Under the pieces are notes generated by a model. That model was not told where the DNA came from and searched no databases. It saw only the letters and a program-made list of their open reading frames with translations. 64,000 bases of DNA from a candidate division WOR-3 bacterium. Lineage in GTDB: Bacteria; Hydrothermota; 32-111. The translations under genes were made by a program, and so were the position numbers. The stretch spans positions 864,001 through 928,000 of the forward strand of contig JBDRZU010000001.1 of NCBI GenBank assembly GCA_039804105.1. The letters run 5' to 3'. Below, piece after piece: positions 10,269-21,400 of this stretch; within the stretch, counting starts at the first letter, position 1; every line of letters starts with the position of its first letter.

Positions 10269-13200
10269 CTTATTACACTCATCTTTTGAATTTTTGATTT
10301 CACTTTTTCTCCGTTATTTTCTGCTTCTATATAATAGAAATATGTTCCGTTTCTATAATCATCGATCTGAATATCAACATAAACAAATCTATCTTTTAGA
10401 AATGAGAGATTGTATGTTTTAAAATGTTCACCACTTGATTTATATATCTTGAGTAGTGCTAACTGTGGATTTTTTGATAGTTCACAAACTATCCTCGTAT
10501 TTTTTCCAACAACAGGATTCGGGAAATTTGCAACATTGATGATCTTGAACTGGTTGGAAACTTGAAAATCAAACACTTTTTCCGTTGAATTTCCATAAAT
10601 ATCTTTACAGGACACTTTAAGAGTATGCTCTCCATTTTCAAGAAACTTTGAAATTTTTACTGGCATTGTTTTGGTTACTGTTTCCTTTGTAACCTTATAA
10701 TCTGTTTCATAAGAAAGAGTATCACCATCCATCACAACCAAAAAACTTCTGGTATCAATTCCCTCATTATCCTCAACTGTGATTCCCAAATCTACATTGT
10801 TAACAAGTATTGTAGAATAATAAACCTCTTTGTTTTCAACAAAGATTTTTACAAGTGGAGGAACAGTATCACTCCATCTTCCAACAACAAATCTTTCAGT
10901 ATTTCTTTCAAAAACAAAAAGCGTCGTATCTTCTTTCCTCTCACCTTTCAAAACAAACTTGTTTGAAAGAGAATCATACATTAAAACATTTGCAGGGAGA
11001 AGTTGGGAATGTGGATATAGAGAAAGAACATTTTTTTGATTAGTATTTAAAATATCTATTCTATAGAGATCCCTCTGTTGTTTGTCGATACTCAATATTT
11101 CAATATTTTGATCTGTCTCTTTTAACGAGTCTCTTGAAACAATTATGAGATTTGTATCATCTGTTGTCTGTCCATTGTTAAAAATACAAAGAGAATGATA
11201 GGTTATTGATGAATCAAAAGGCTGTTTTCCATATATATAAGAATAAATGTAATCAAAATTTGATTCCAGTACCTTATTGTTAGTAAAATTCCTATCAGGG
11301 AAATTTAAAGTTTCTTTTGCAGCAAACACATAAATTTTTTCTCCAAAATAATTTTTAGATATCTTGACTTTCGATTCTTTTGTTTCTCCACCTTTCAGCG
11401 AAATGGTATCAATACCTATTAGAAATGTGTCATCGTTTTGATCAACATGATAAAAATGAACAGGCATAGAATTGATATCTCTTTCTCCGCCATTCGAAAT
11501 TCTCACTGTCATTGCTGGACTTTTATCTTTAAAAGATAGATAAGGTTTTTGGAGTATCTTTGCATCAGGATATGGAGAAATCAACAACTTTTTTGTGAAA
11601 GTTGTAAAATTCATATTTTCTGTTGAATCGGAATAAGAGATATAATAATAAAAATAATCGTACGAACTTTTTTTTGCTTTTATTGGTGGTAACAGATTTG
11701 TATAAAAAAGTAAACTATCAATAGAATCCTGAATCATATTTGCAGTATAATAATATGTAGAATTTGGATATTTATAGTTTGCTAAAAGATTCTTTATATT
11801 TTTCCCACCTATTTTTGCGTATATTCTAAATTCTGTTAGAGTATCAGGATTTGAAGGAGAGATATAAAAACTTTTAATACCATCTCCTCCAACAGTCGGA
11901 TATGATAAATAAAGAATTGATGTATCACTTGTAAAAGCAACTGTTGCTAAAACCATAGTTGAAGTAGGAAGAGAATCAGGAAGATAAAGAGTATTTTCCC
12001 CATAACCATTTACAAGATTCGAATGATCAAAAACTAACATTTTTCTCTCTGTATCGATTAGAATACTTTCAAGAAAACCGTCCTTTAGATTTGAATCTGA
12101 ATGTATAACAACAAGAGTATCTTTGGGGGCGAGCTGATACGAAGAAAGTGAGCATGTTTTTTCAGAAATATCAGGTATTTTTAAATCGAGAAGATTTATC
12201 CCAAGTAAACCATAATTTTTTATCTCGTAAACATTAGGATCATCCAAATTGGAACTTCCGAAAGCACTACTGTTGATAAAAAAGTTTAACTCACCATAAA
12301 GTATTATATCTCCAATGTTTTTTATACCATTGAAAGCGATTTGCCTGAAATTTGATTCTCCCAAACTGTTGTTAAGATTATCTGTACTTGCGGTTGCGGA
12401 TCCATAGTATGCTATCGCTCCACCAAACGGTGCAAGAACGAATGCCTCTCCTATTGATTGTTGATCCCTTAAAAGTTCATCATAATAACCTGTATCACAT
12501 GAATAAACTTTCACAAATGGCAATCTGTTGATGTTGTTCATTCTCAAAACATCGGTTAACCTGATATAAACTCCACTGCCTATAGATTGGGAAGCTCCAT
12601 GGGCATATATGTTCAAAATAGATGCCCCATAATTCAACTGGTTTATAAAATCACCGTTGTTATCATAAAGGTTCGCCATAAAATCAATACCAATATAATC
12701 AGGCATCATCGATGCAAGTTTGAGTGACTGATATTTTGCATCAACATAGGAAGGAAGTCCAGTGCCCGGCGGAGTTGTATCGTATGCGAATATAAATTTT
12801 AGATTGAATATTCCGGAATTTTTCCAATCAAGATAATGTTTGACTTTTTCTATAGCGATATCAATCTCGTTTTCATTTCTTACAGGAAACCTTGAAATCG
12901 ATATATCCTCGACAGGATCGTTTCCTACTATTGTTGCATAATAGTTATCAGATGCTATGAGAGCTCTCGAGTAAGCTGAATTTTCATAATAGTATGCTGC
13001 AGGTATACTGTAATCAAAAATCTTTAAATGGTTGTTGTTGTCGTAAGACCCATCACCTAAAAGGAGTACATGTGTTGGTGGAACACTCCAATTGTTATAT
13101 GCTGAGATTAAAAAATCTTTTATGGGTTTAACACCTCTCATTCCGTAGTTGAACTCATCATAAATTTCTTCCGTTCCAACAAGAAAAACTTTATTTTTAG

Positions 13201-14770
13201 ATGAAAACAGTTCAGCGAATTCTTTTGCTTTTTCTTTCAGATTTTGATCAACTATGATAACATAATTTCCTTCATTTGTAGGAGAATCGAGTTGATTGAA
13301 TTTAAAGGTCTCTATAGTATCGGGATTAAGAAAGGAAGTGTTTTGATACACAGAATAACTAACCGATGTAGTAAAAATTTGATCAGTAAAATACAGATCA
13401 TAATTTCCAAGGACTGGATCATAAACTGTTATGAAATTGGTGATGTTTTTTAAATCTTTTCTATAAATTTTAACATCGGTTGAAGTAAGACCTTTAATGT
13501 GAAATTTGTATGAACCGAAATTTAGATTCGAGATTTTAAAGTCAAGTTTTCCATTTTTTACAATAAGGTTTTTCATATATGAATACTCAAAATAGTTTAG
13601 CCCAACACCTATCGTATCACCACCTATAAGTTCAAGTTTAATTTTAGCAGAATCTTCTGTAATATTGAGAGAATTTTTTAAATATTTATATGAAGATAGA
13701 TCATCCCATTTTATGGTATCGATCAAAGAATCGTTAATATATAAACCTAAAACATGATCGGGATTTAAAAGGAGATTATATGAAAATCCATGGAAATATG
13801 CAGAAAAATTGAAATTCTGATAAAGAGTATCATAATCATAAAAATTTATATACTTTTCATAAGGAGTTGTTCCATTTATTGAGTACATAAACCAGAGATC
13901 AGATGTATCAATAGTTGTTCTTCCACCAAGTGGTTGATAAAAGGAGTCATTTTCAATATGTGTTTCATAAAGATATGAACTAATCGTAGAATCTATCAAA
14001 GAATCATCGATAAACTGATTGTCTATAACATACCTTATTCCGTTTCCTCCACCAGTAACTATAACATAAACATTTTGGAGTTGAAATTTATCAAAGTAAG
14101 TATTCTCTCCCTTTTTTCTTTCACCATAAAATTCAAAATAATCTCCTGGTCCAAAAACATTATCACTTATTCCATACATATTTATAGGTATTTGAACATT
14201 TCTGTTGTAAACCTTTATAGTTTTTGGGTCAAAGGTCGAGAGATCTGTACCAGTCTTATTTTTAATATCATCATAGTATATTCTGTAGAGTCCACTCTCG
14301 CTTATTTTAATCTTTGCAAGAGGTGTTCCATCATAATCTAAAGATTTAACCTGTTTTGTTATCCTCGGCTTTATGAAATTTTTTAAATCTTTACCATTAA
14401 TCGCTATCGATGTTAAAAATTTTTCAGTTTTTTTATCCGGATAAATAACCTTTCCACTATCCTTTGTTCTTTTGAAATTAATTGTAAGAGTGTATTTTTC
14501 TTTATAAGGTTTTAAAGGAAGAAGTTGAAAATCTTTAAAAAAGAAAGGTTTTCCTAAAACAATATTTTTTAAATTTGATGGATATAAGTTTAAAGAAAAG
14601 TCAACAGGTGGAAGAATTAGAACTTTTGTAGAATCATTTTCTTTTGGGAAATAATTTACTGTTATACTTTCCTCTGACAAATTATAAGTGAATGAAGGAA
14701 ATGAATGTAAAAAAAATAATACGATAAATAAAAGAATAATTATTTTAAATTGTAAAACTTTTCTTTCCAT
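10265..14770 (-). CDS. PorU-like C25 family cysteine peptidase/transpeptidase with T9SS-type C-terminal domain
   Basis: KIKISESGLYRI, DYFEFYG, IYDEFNYG, VLLLGDGSYD, catalytic YAHG and YSCDTG, DTVPP Ig domain, and tail NFPNP...IYKSSG...GTYFY...KMSVIR. Confidence 0.82.
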   Translation of the reverse strand: MERKVLQFKIIILLFIVLFFLHSFPSFTYNLSEESITVNYFPKENDSTKVLILPPVDFSLNLYPSNLKNIVLGKPFFFKDFQLLPLKPYKEKYTLTINFKRTKDSGKVIYPDKKTEKFLTSIAINGKDLKNFIKPRITKQVKSLDYDGTPLAKIKISESGLYRIYYDDIKNKTGTDLSTFDPKTIKVYNRNVQIPINMYGISDNVFGPGDYFEFYGERKKGENTYFDKFQLQNVYVIVTGGGNGIRYVIDNQFIDDSLIDSTISSYLYETHIENDSFYQPLGGRTTIDTSDLWFMYSINGTTPYEKYINFYDYDTLYQNFNFSAYFHGFSYNLLLNPDHVLGLYINDSLIDTIKWDDLSSYKYLKNSLNITEDSAKIKLELIGGDTIGVGLNYFEYSYMKNLIVKNGKLDFKISNLNFGSYKFHIKGLTSTDVKIYRKDLKNITNFITVYDPVLGNYDLYFTDQIFTTSVSYSVYQNTSFLNPDTIETFKFNQLDSPTNEGNYVIIVDQNLKEKAKEFAELFSSKNKVFLVGTEEIYDEFNYGMRGVKPIKDFLISAYNNWSVPPTHVLLLGDGSYDNNNHLKIFDYSIPAAYYYENSAYSRALIASDNYYATIVGNDPVEDISISRFPVRNENEIDIAIEKVKHYLDWKNSGIFNLKFIFAYDTTPPGTGLPSYVDAKYQSLKLASMMPDYIGIDFMANLYDNNGDFINQLNYGASILNIYAHGASQSIGSGVYIRLTDVLRMNNINRLPFVKVYSCDTGYYDELLRDQQSIGEAFVLAPFGGAIAYYGSATASTDNLNNSLGESNFRQIAFNGIKNIGDIILYGELNFFINSSAFGSSNLDDPNVYEIKNYGLLGINLLDLKIPDISEKTCSLSSYQLAPKDTLVVIHSDSNLKDGFLESILIDTERKMLVFDHSNLVNGYGENTLYLPDSLPTSTMVLATVAFTSDTSILYLSYPTVGGDGIKSFYISPSNPDTLTEFRIYAKIGGKNIKNLLANYKYPNSTYYYTANMIQDSIDSLLFYTNLLPPIKAKKSSYDYFYYYISYSDSTENMNFTTFTKKLLISPYPDAKILQKPYLSFKDKSPAMTVRISNGGERDINSMPVHFYHVDQNDDTFLIGIDTISLKGGETKESKVKISKNYFGEKIYVFAAKETLNFPDRNFTNNKVLESNFDYIYSYIYGKQPFDSSITYHSLCIFNNGQTTDDTNLIIVSRDSLKETDQNIEILSIDKQQRDLYRIDILNTNQKNVLSLYPHSQLLPANVLMYDSLSNKFVLKGERKEDTTLFVFERNTERFVVGRWSDTVPPLVKIFVENKEVYYSTILVNNVDLGITVEDNEGIDTRSFLVVMDGDTLSYETDYKVTKETVTKTMPVKISKFLENGEHTLKVSCKDIYGNSTEKVFDFQVSNQFKIINVANFPNPVVGKNTRIVCELSKNPQLALLKIYKSSGEHFKTYNLSFLKDRFVYVDIQIDDYRNGTYFYYIEAENNGEKVKSKIQKMSVIR

Positions 14771-16152
14771 CTTTTTCCACCTTCTTCAACAATTAAAAAA
14801 TAAATCCCTGTTTTAAATTGTGAATGATCTAAAGTGAACTTTTGTGAGGAAACAGAATATTTACTGACGTTTTTACCAGAAACATCATAGATAGAGATCT
14901 TGTAATTTCCTTGATTTATAAAATCAAAAACCATTTTTGCTTTCTCTTTGCTCAATTTGTATGGTTTTTTGTAATCTCCATCAATAGAATATTTTCTGGA
15001 ATTTGTATAATATGTCCAGTAAATATTGTTTGGCCAAGATGATGCTGGAGTTTTATCGTTAAGTATATAAACAAGATGTATGTTTTCATCTTTATCCAAA
15101 ATACACTGAGGCGTAACAATATATGAAGTATCATGATGTGCGATAAGTTTTATACTATCGACAACTTCGTTTGATATGTCATAAACCAGTTCATACAATT
15201 CTCCATAATAATAGTTATCTGACACATAAAACAGATGAATTTTATTGTTTAAAATAAGGCCAGTTGGATAATAGATGTTCGAATTATCGTCAGACAAAAG
15301 TTTCGGAGTTGACCAGATACCATTCGAATATCGTGAAAGATAAAGTTGACTCAATCCATTTAATAAAATTGTAAAAACTACAAACTCATTCTGTCCATCA
15401 GAAATAATGTTGGGATAATAAATATCGGCTGTTAAACTAACAATTAAAACTTCGTTCTGCCATAAGTTATTTATTCTTCTTCTACTAAAAAGATTTTGAT
15501 ATCCGTTGTTATCTTTAGTGTATATAACAGAAATATCTTCATTTGGATAAACATAAAAATCGTAATTTAAACAACTTTCGCTAGAATTTGTTATATTCAA
15601 TGGATTATGGACTACAGAATCATAATATCCATAGTATATGTTGAATACACCAGTTGAATCATCACAATAGATAAAATGATGTTTTTTGTTTCTGTAAAAA
15701 GATTTAGGATACCATGAGTTTGAAGTTGTATTTGTTACCTGAAAAATAGAAGAAAGTAAAACACCATCAAAATATCTACCAAAGATATTAAAGTTACCAT
15801 CCTGTCTGCTTTCCCAAAGGAATAAAAATCTCCCATCCTCATCAACAGAAAGTGTTGGCATCCATGACAGAAGATAGTATCCAGTTCCACTTTCTGGTTT
15901 GTCATACACTGTTCCATCATATAACCATTCGATTCCATTATACTTATACTTTCTGATACAAAAATAAACATCTTTTGAAGTATCATACCAGCCGAGATGC
16001 AAATTTCCCAATGTATCTTTCACAAAAAGATGGGAAGCATTCGGTTGAAAATAAGCAAGACCATATTCCCATATTTTTACAGGAGTCCTCCATTGTGGAA
16101 AAATAAAGATAAATGTGATAAGTGGAATTAAAAGGTGAAAAAGTTTTTTCAT
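14740..16152 (-). CDS. Secreted beta-propeller-like protein with T9SS type-A-like C-terminal domain
   Basis: Signal peptide; repeated P-x-hydrophobic...G-x-HL-x-W/Y blades; tail ISIYDVSGK...TGIYFL...KFYNLK. Confidence 0.72.
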   Translation of the reverse strand: MKKLFHLLIPLITFIFIFPQWRTPVKIWEYGLAYFQPNASHLFVKDTLGNLHLGWYDTSKDVYFCIRKYKYNGIEWLYDGTVYDKPESGTGYYLLSWMPTLSVDEDGRFLFLWESRQDGNFNIFGRYFDGVLLSSIFQVTNTTSNSWYPKSFYRNKKHHFIYCDDSTGVFNIYYGYYDSVVHNPLNITNSSESCLNYDFYVYPNEDISVIYTKDNNGYQNLFSRRRINNLWQNEVLIVSLTADIYYPNIISDGQNEFVVFTILLNGLSQLYLSRYSNGIWSTPKLLSDDNSNIYYPTGLILNNKIHLFYVSDNYYYGELYELVYDISNEVVDSIKLIAHHDTSYIVTPQCILDKDENIHLVYILNDKTPASSWPNNIYWTYYTNSRKYSIDGDYKKPYKLSKEKAKMVFDFINQGNYKISIYDVSGKNVSKYSVSSQKFTLDHSQFKTGIYFLIVEEGGKRWKEKFYNLK

Positions 16153-16159
16153 AATTTAT

Positions 16160-16188
16160 ATTTTAATTATTAACCTATCTATTGTCAA
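16160..16188 (-). promoter_or_regulatory. Sigma70-type promoter, probably giving a leaderless transcript of the 16152 gene
   Basis: TTGACA(16188-16183)-17 nt-TAAAAT(16165-16160); ATG 7 nt downstream with no SD. Confidence 0.55.
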
Positions 16189-17299
16189 TAGTTTTGGATT
16201 TTACAAACTCTATCATAAAATCTTCAATAAAACTTTCTGAAAGATTGTTCGTTTTGTCCCAATCAAAATTTTTTGCCCATTTCTTAGCATCATTTTCCAT
16301 CTGTTTAAGTTTTTCTCGATTTTTTAAAAGAGACAATATTTTTTCTGTAAGTTGTTCTATATTTCCATACTTATAAAGTAAACCAGAAAATCCATCTTTA
16401 ACAGAATCTTTGAGACCTAAAACATTTGAAGAAATAACGGGAGTTCCAAGTGCGTTAGCTTCAATGTTGACTATGCCCCACCCTTCAATATAGGATGGAT
16501 ATACTGATATCCAACTTTCTTGTAAAATTTTTATCTTCTCATCTTCTGAAACATATCCCGTAAAGATAACATCCTCAATTTTTAATCTTTTAACCAATTT
16601 TTTTAACTCGTTTTCATAATCTCCCATTCCAACAATGTATAAAACACATTCTTTACATTGTTCTTTAACCTTTTTGAAAGCTTTTATCAGATGATGAACA
16701 GATTTATATCTTTTCAACCTTCCAACATAACATATCTGAGGGTATTCTTTTTTTTGATAGTTATAACTGAAAAATTTTTTATCGATACCACATTCTATCA
16801 CTTTTATCTTTTTCTCATCTATACCTCTTTTTAAAAGATCTTCTTTCGTTGAATTTGAAATAACCTCAAAATAGGATTTTTTATAGACCATTTTTATAGG
16901 TTTTTCAAAAAGATACACATATGTTCCAAAAATAAAATTCGTTTGTTTAAAAATTGTTTTTCCAAATATATGAGGTACAACAACGAAAACTGGAATTTTT
17001 ACAAACAAAGGAGTAAAAAATGGAACTTTATTTATATCCTCTATAATAAGATCTATTTTTTTTTTCTTGACTAAATCTTTTATTTTAAAGGTAACAAAAT
17101 AGTTGAACAACAGTTCGTTTCCAATATGTATATAATAAACATTATTTATCGATTCATCTTTTGCACCTTTATAGCCAGATGTTAAGAAGAATACATTATG
17201 TTTTTTTGCAAGATGTTCCGCAATTTTTGTAATATGAATTTCAGCACCACCGTATAGGGGATTTTTTAAATCTCTCCAATTGATTATTAGAATATTCAT
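16175..17299 (-). CDS. Glycosyltransferase family 4
   Basis: NWRD-x-KNP-x-YGGAE, YVGRLKRYK and EGWGIVNIEANALGTP motifs. Confidence 0.93.
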   Translation of the reverse strand: MNILIINWRDLKNPLYGGAEIHITKIAEHLAKKHNVFFLTSGYKGAKDESINNVYYIHIGNELLFNYFVTFKIKDLVKKKKIDLIIEDINKVPFFTPLFVKIPVFVVVPHIFGKTIFKQTNFIFGTYVYLFEKPIKMVYKKSYFEVISNSTKEDLLKRGIDEKKIKVIECGIDKKFFSYNYQKKEYPQICYVGRLKRYKSVHHLIKAFKKVKEQCKECVLYIVGMGDYENELKKLVKRLKIEDVIFTGYVSEDEKIKILQESWISVYPSYIEGWGIVNIEANALGTPVISSNVLGLKDSVKDGFSGLLYKYGNIEQLTEKILSLLKNREKLKQMENDAKKWAKNFDWDKTNNLSESFIEDFMIEFVKSKTIDNR

Positions 17300-18354
17300 T
17301 CTATTTTTTCAACTCCCAAAAGGTTGTAATCTTTATCATATACAAATTTCTTTGTTAAAGTTTTAAACAAAGGATACTCATTGTATTTCATCGAAGGAGG
17401 CATCTTTGTTTTTAACAGAGGATCTGATGAAAAATATTCGACTTTATCATATGTAAAATTATTATTTCTTTTGATTATTCTGACCGCAAAATTTGAATCC
17501 ATATCAAAAGGTTTTAAAAGTGTATCAAGATAAATTTTTTTAAATTCATATCCAATATCATCATAAAATATTAATTCATAAAATCTTTGTAGTTCTCCTT
17601 TAGAATCTTTTTTTATTTTTAAACTCTTAGTGCCTTGAAAATTTTCATCCTCAACCTTCTCGGTACTTAAAACAATGTATTCTTCTCTGTTAAAAAATTT
17701 CAAGGAATCAACGATATTTTCGTTATTTTGATTTCTAATAATCTTTTCAAATCCAAAAGCGTCAGGCGATAAAAATAGATTTCCATCTTTTCCAACACTA
17801 TAAAAGTTTATCTCCCACCTATTTGAAGTTTTATTTTTAAAAATAGTAGAGAGTTTTATCAGAACAGAATCAATTGATAGAACTTTTTCTCCTTGTTCGT
17901 TTTCAAAATAAGAAATAACCTTTTCACAGCAATGATTATTTGTATCAAAAGTAACAAAAACTATTTTTTGAGCCAGATCAAAAATTTTAACATTTTCATT
18001 TTTTCTATCAAAGAATTTATAAACCATTTTTTCAGCAAACAAACTGTCATTTTCTATCTTCACAAATGTATCAGTATAGGAAATCTCTATTTTCGAAATC
18101 ATAGAATTTGAATCAAAAATATCCTTTTCAACAGGTTTTCCTTTATAACATATTTCTATTGAAATTGGTCTTTTTTTATTATCATAATATATTTTATAAC
18201 CCTCTATCTTATCAAATTCAGATTTTGTAATCTTTTCTTTACCTTCAATTCTACCTATAGGATCAAAGTCTAAAAATCTGTAAAATTTTTCAGATGATAA
18301 CAGAGTTTGATAAAAAATATAAAGAATCAAAAATACGATAAAAAATTTTTTCAT
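17296..18354 (-). CDS. Hypothetical secreted protein (start moved from 18432 to 18354)
   Basis: AAGGAG SD before ATG 18354; MKKFFIVFL... signal peptide; stop overlaps the GT4 start (ATGA). Confidence 0.7.
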   Translation of the reverse strand: MKKFFIVFLILYIFYQTLLSSEKFYRFLDFDPIGRIEGKEKITKSEFDKIEGYKIYYDNKKRPISIEICYKGKPVEKDIFDSNSMISKIEISYTDTFVKIENDSLFAEKMVYKFFDRKNENVKIFDLAQKIVFVTFDTNNHCCEKVISYFENEQGEKVLSIDSVLIKLSTIFKNKTSNRWEINFYSVGKDGNLFLSPDAFGFEKIIRNQNNENIVDSLKFFNREEYIVLSTEKVEDENFQGTKSLKIKKDSKGELQRFYELIFYDDIGYEFKKIYLDTLLKPFDMDSNFAVRIIKRNNNFTYDKVEYFSSDPLLKTKMPPSMKYNEYPLFKTLTKKFVYDKDYNLLGVEKIE

Positions 18355-18376
18355 AAATCTCCTTATCTTTTGAATA

Positions 18377-18404
18377 ATTTTATTAACTTTAAAAAAAAAA
18401 ACAA
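18377..18404 (-). promoter_or_regulatory. Candidate promoter for the minus-strand envelope gene run, containing a T11 tract
   Basis: TTGTTT(18404-18399)-16 nt-TAAAAT(18382-18377); A11 run at 18391-18401 on the + strand. Confidence 0.4.
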
Positions 18405-18425
18405 GAAAAATTATATTTTTAATAA

Positions 18426-18453
18426 TTGACATTTTTCAAGGTATATATAAAAT
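18426..18453 (+). promoter_or_regulatory. Sigma70-type promoter for the TPR-pyr gene run
   Basis: TTGACA(18426-18431)-16 nt-TAAAAT(18448-18453); AAGGAGG SD before ATG 18485. Confidence 0.65.
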
Positions 18454-18484
18454 AAAAGAATATGGGAATTTGGAAGGAGGATAA

Positions 18485-21400
18485 ATGTTAGATCTTTTCT
18501 CTTCAGGTGATCCCACAAAAATAATTGAAAGAAGCAGTAAACTGAGAATAGAGGGAAAACATGACAAAGCAGAACAACTGTTAAAAAAGAGCATAAAAAA
18601 TTCAAAATCAGATTTTATAATACTGCTTGAACTTGCAAAAACACAATTCGAGATGGGTAAAATATCCGAATCTGTAAATACATTGAGAAGTTCTTATTAT
18701 CTTTCACCGGAAGAGATAAACAAAATTATAAATGTCGGAGAGGATCTTCATTACAGAGCAACATCACAAAAGGATCAAACAGCATCTGTTCTTATTGAAA
18801 TGTATATAAAAAAAAGGGATTTCGAATCTTTTAGAAAAATTTTCGATACATTATCAGGTGAAGAGATAAAGAATCTCATCAGCTATTTTGAAAAATTATA
18901 TCTCAATGTAAAAAATACAAAAACGATTGATCAGTTCAACAAAAAGGATATTGAGATATGTTTATCAATGGGTATTTTATATCTTTATAACAAAAATTTC
19001 AAAGAAGCAAAACCGATACTTGAAATGATTTTTAGAACACAGGTTAAGGATAGAGATTATATTCTCTCAGAGTATATAAATGTTGCAAAAACAACCTATG
19101 GTAATCCTGAACCTTATATTGCAATAGGAGACCTATATATATTGGTAAACGATAAAGATAAAGCTATAAACTATTTTCAAAAAGCATCTTCAATAGATCC
19201 TAAATTAAAAACGGATATATCAAACAAGATTGAGGAACACATCACAGATACTAAAGAGATATCAGAAACAAGTAAATATTCGATTGTCGATCTTGCGATA
19301 GAAAAAAAGGATTACAAAAAAGCACTTGATATAATATATGAAATGATAAAAGATAAAAACGAAGCCACAGAAGAGATCGTCAGGAGAACGTATCAGATAA
19401 TACAGGCTGCTCCAGAATTTGTCGAAGCTTATAAACTTTTAGTCGAAATTTTCCTTCTAAAAAAAGAAATATCAAAAATATTCACAAATCTTGAAAAAAT
19501 TTATGAGTTAAAAAAAGAAGAAAAGGACTTTATTCTCAATACAATAAACCGAATAGAAAATGAGAATCTGTCAAACGAAGAAATACTTTTACTTAAAGCA
19601 ACCATATTTTCAGATAACAACGAATTTAATGAATCAGCAAAAATAATTAAAAAAGTATATTTTAAAAACAATTCCTATAGTTTCGATGTGGAAAAACTCG
19701 CAAATAAAATTCTTGATAAAGATCCAAAGAATATCGACGCATTGGAAACAATCTGCCAAATTTTTCTTGATAAGAATGAGGTTGAGAAACTCAAAAAGAT
19801 ATGTGAGTATCTTACTTCAATAAACACTGAAGAACACATATCTATTGCAAAAAAATACCTACAGATAATCTATGATAAAAATCCATCAGATGTTGATATA
19901 AAATTAAACTTTAGTATCGCTCTAATAAAATTGGGGAAAATAAAAGAATCCGAAGTAATAATAACCGAAACCTTAAAATCAAACCCTGAAACATTTTATA
20001 TAATCATTCCCCAATTCTACAATTCAGCCAAAAATGATAAGGATGTTGCAACAATAGTTTTGAAGATCTTAAAAAGCATTGAAAGAAAAAATCTTGATCC
20101 ATTTCTATATGATTTTTCACTCTGTGAGATGTCCTATCTTGCTTCAGATCTTGAATTCTCTCTTGGAATGTTAAAAGAAATGTTTGAAAAATTTCCTGAA
20201 AAAGAGGATGATTTACTTGAACTTCTTGGAAGGATTAAAGATTTCTATCCTGAAAATGAACTCGTCGCTGACTTTGAATTCAAACTTTTCACAGACAAAA
20301 AAGATTATAGGAAAGCTTACGAATCTCTTATAAAACTTAGAAAAGACAAAACAAAATTAGGACACATTCTTGATAATCTTTATATACTGAATAAAAATCA
20401 TCCTGAAAACGTTTCCATAGTCGAAAGCATAATGGATATTCTTGATGAAATGGGATTTTATGAAAAAATAATAAAAGAAGCTGATAACCTTTCCTCAAAA
20501 CTTGATCAACAAAAAATTGGTAAAATAAAATTTTTCCTTGGTAAAGCGTATGCAAACAAAGGTATGGTAAACGATGCAGCAACAGTTCTTTACCAAGCCA
20601 TAATCCTTGATAAAACCTTAACAGAAAATACACTCACCATATTAAAAGATCTCTTGAAGTATGATCCATTTTCACTCAGAGTTCATTACACACTCTCTCT
20701 TGCATATTATCTGAACAAAAATATCGATTCAGCTATAGATGAATTACTTGAAATAGTAAAGATCGATCCCAATCAGATAAACATCGCTATATCAGAATTG
20801 GAAAAATGGAACGAAAACATCATCAACAATCCAAAACTTAATTTTTCTTTGGGAACTCTATATTTTGAAACAACCCAGTATGAGAAAGGTATTTCAAAAA
20901 TGTATGAAACTTTTGAAATCGATAGTTCATACCTCGATTCAATTTTAAACCTTATGTCAAATTACATTGAAAAGGAATCTGAAAATGGAGAAATTCTTTA
21001 TGCAACCGGAGTTTTCTATGCAAAAAAGGGTCTTTATAAACTTGCTTCCGACTATCTTTACAACGCTATGTCTATAGAAACAGGTTTAAAGGAAAAAGTA
21101 ATATCACAACTACTATTTATAATAAACCAGCAACCCGATGAGGTAGATCCGAGATTTTCACTTGCTCAGGTATATAAAGATATGCATAACTATATGCAAG
21201 CGATAACTCTTTTAAGACAGATAGAACTTATAAATCCATCTGAGACAGAAAATGTAATAAGTTTTTACAAAGAAATGCTTGTGAACGAACCTAACAATAC
21301 TTTTCTTTTAATATCACTTGCTGATTCTTATCTAAAATTGAACAGAACAACGGATGCTGTTGAACTTTATTCAAAAATTATAAAAATAAACAAAAAATAT

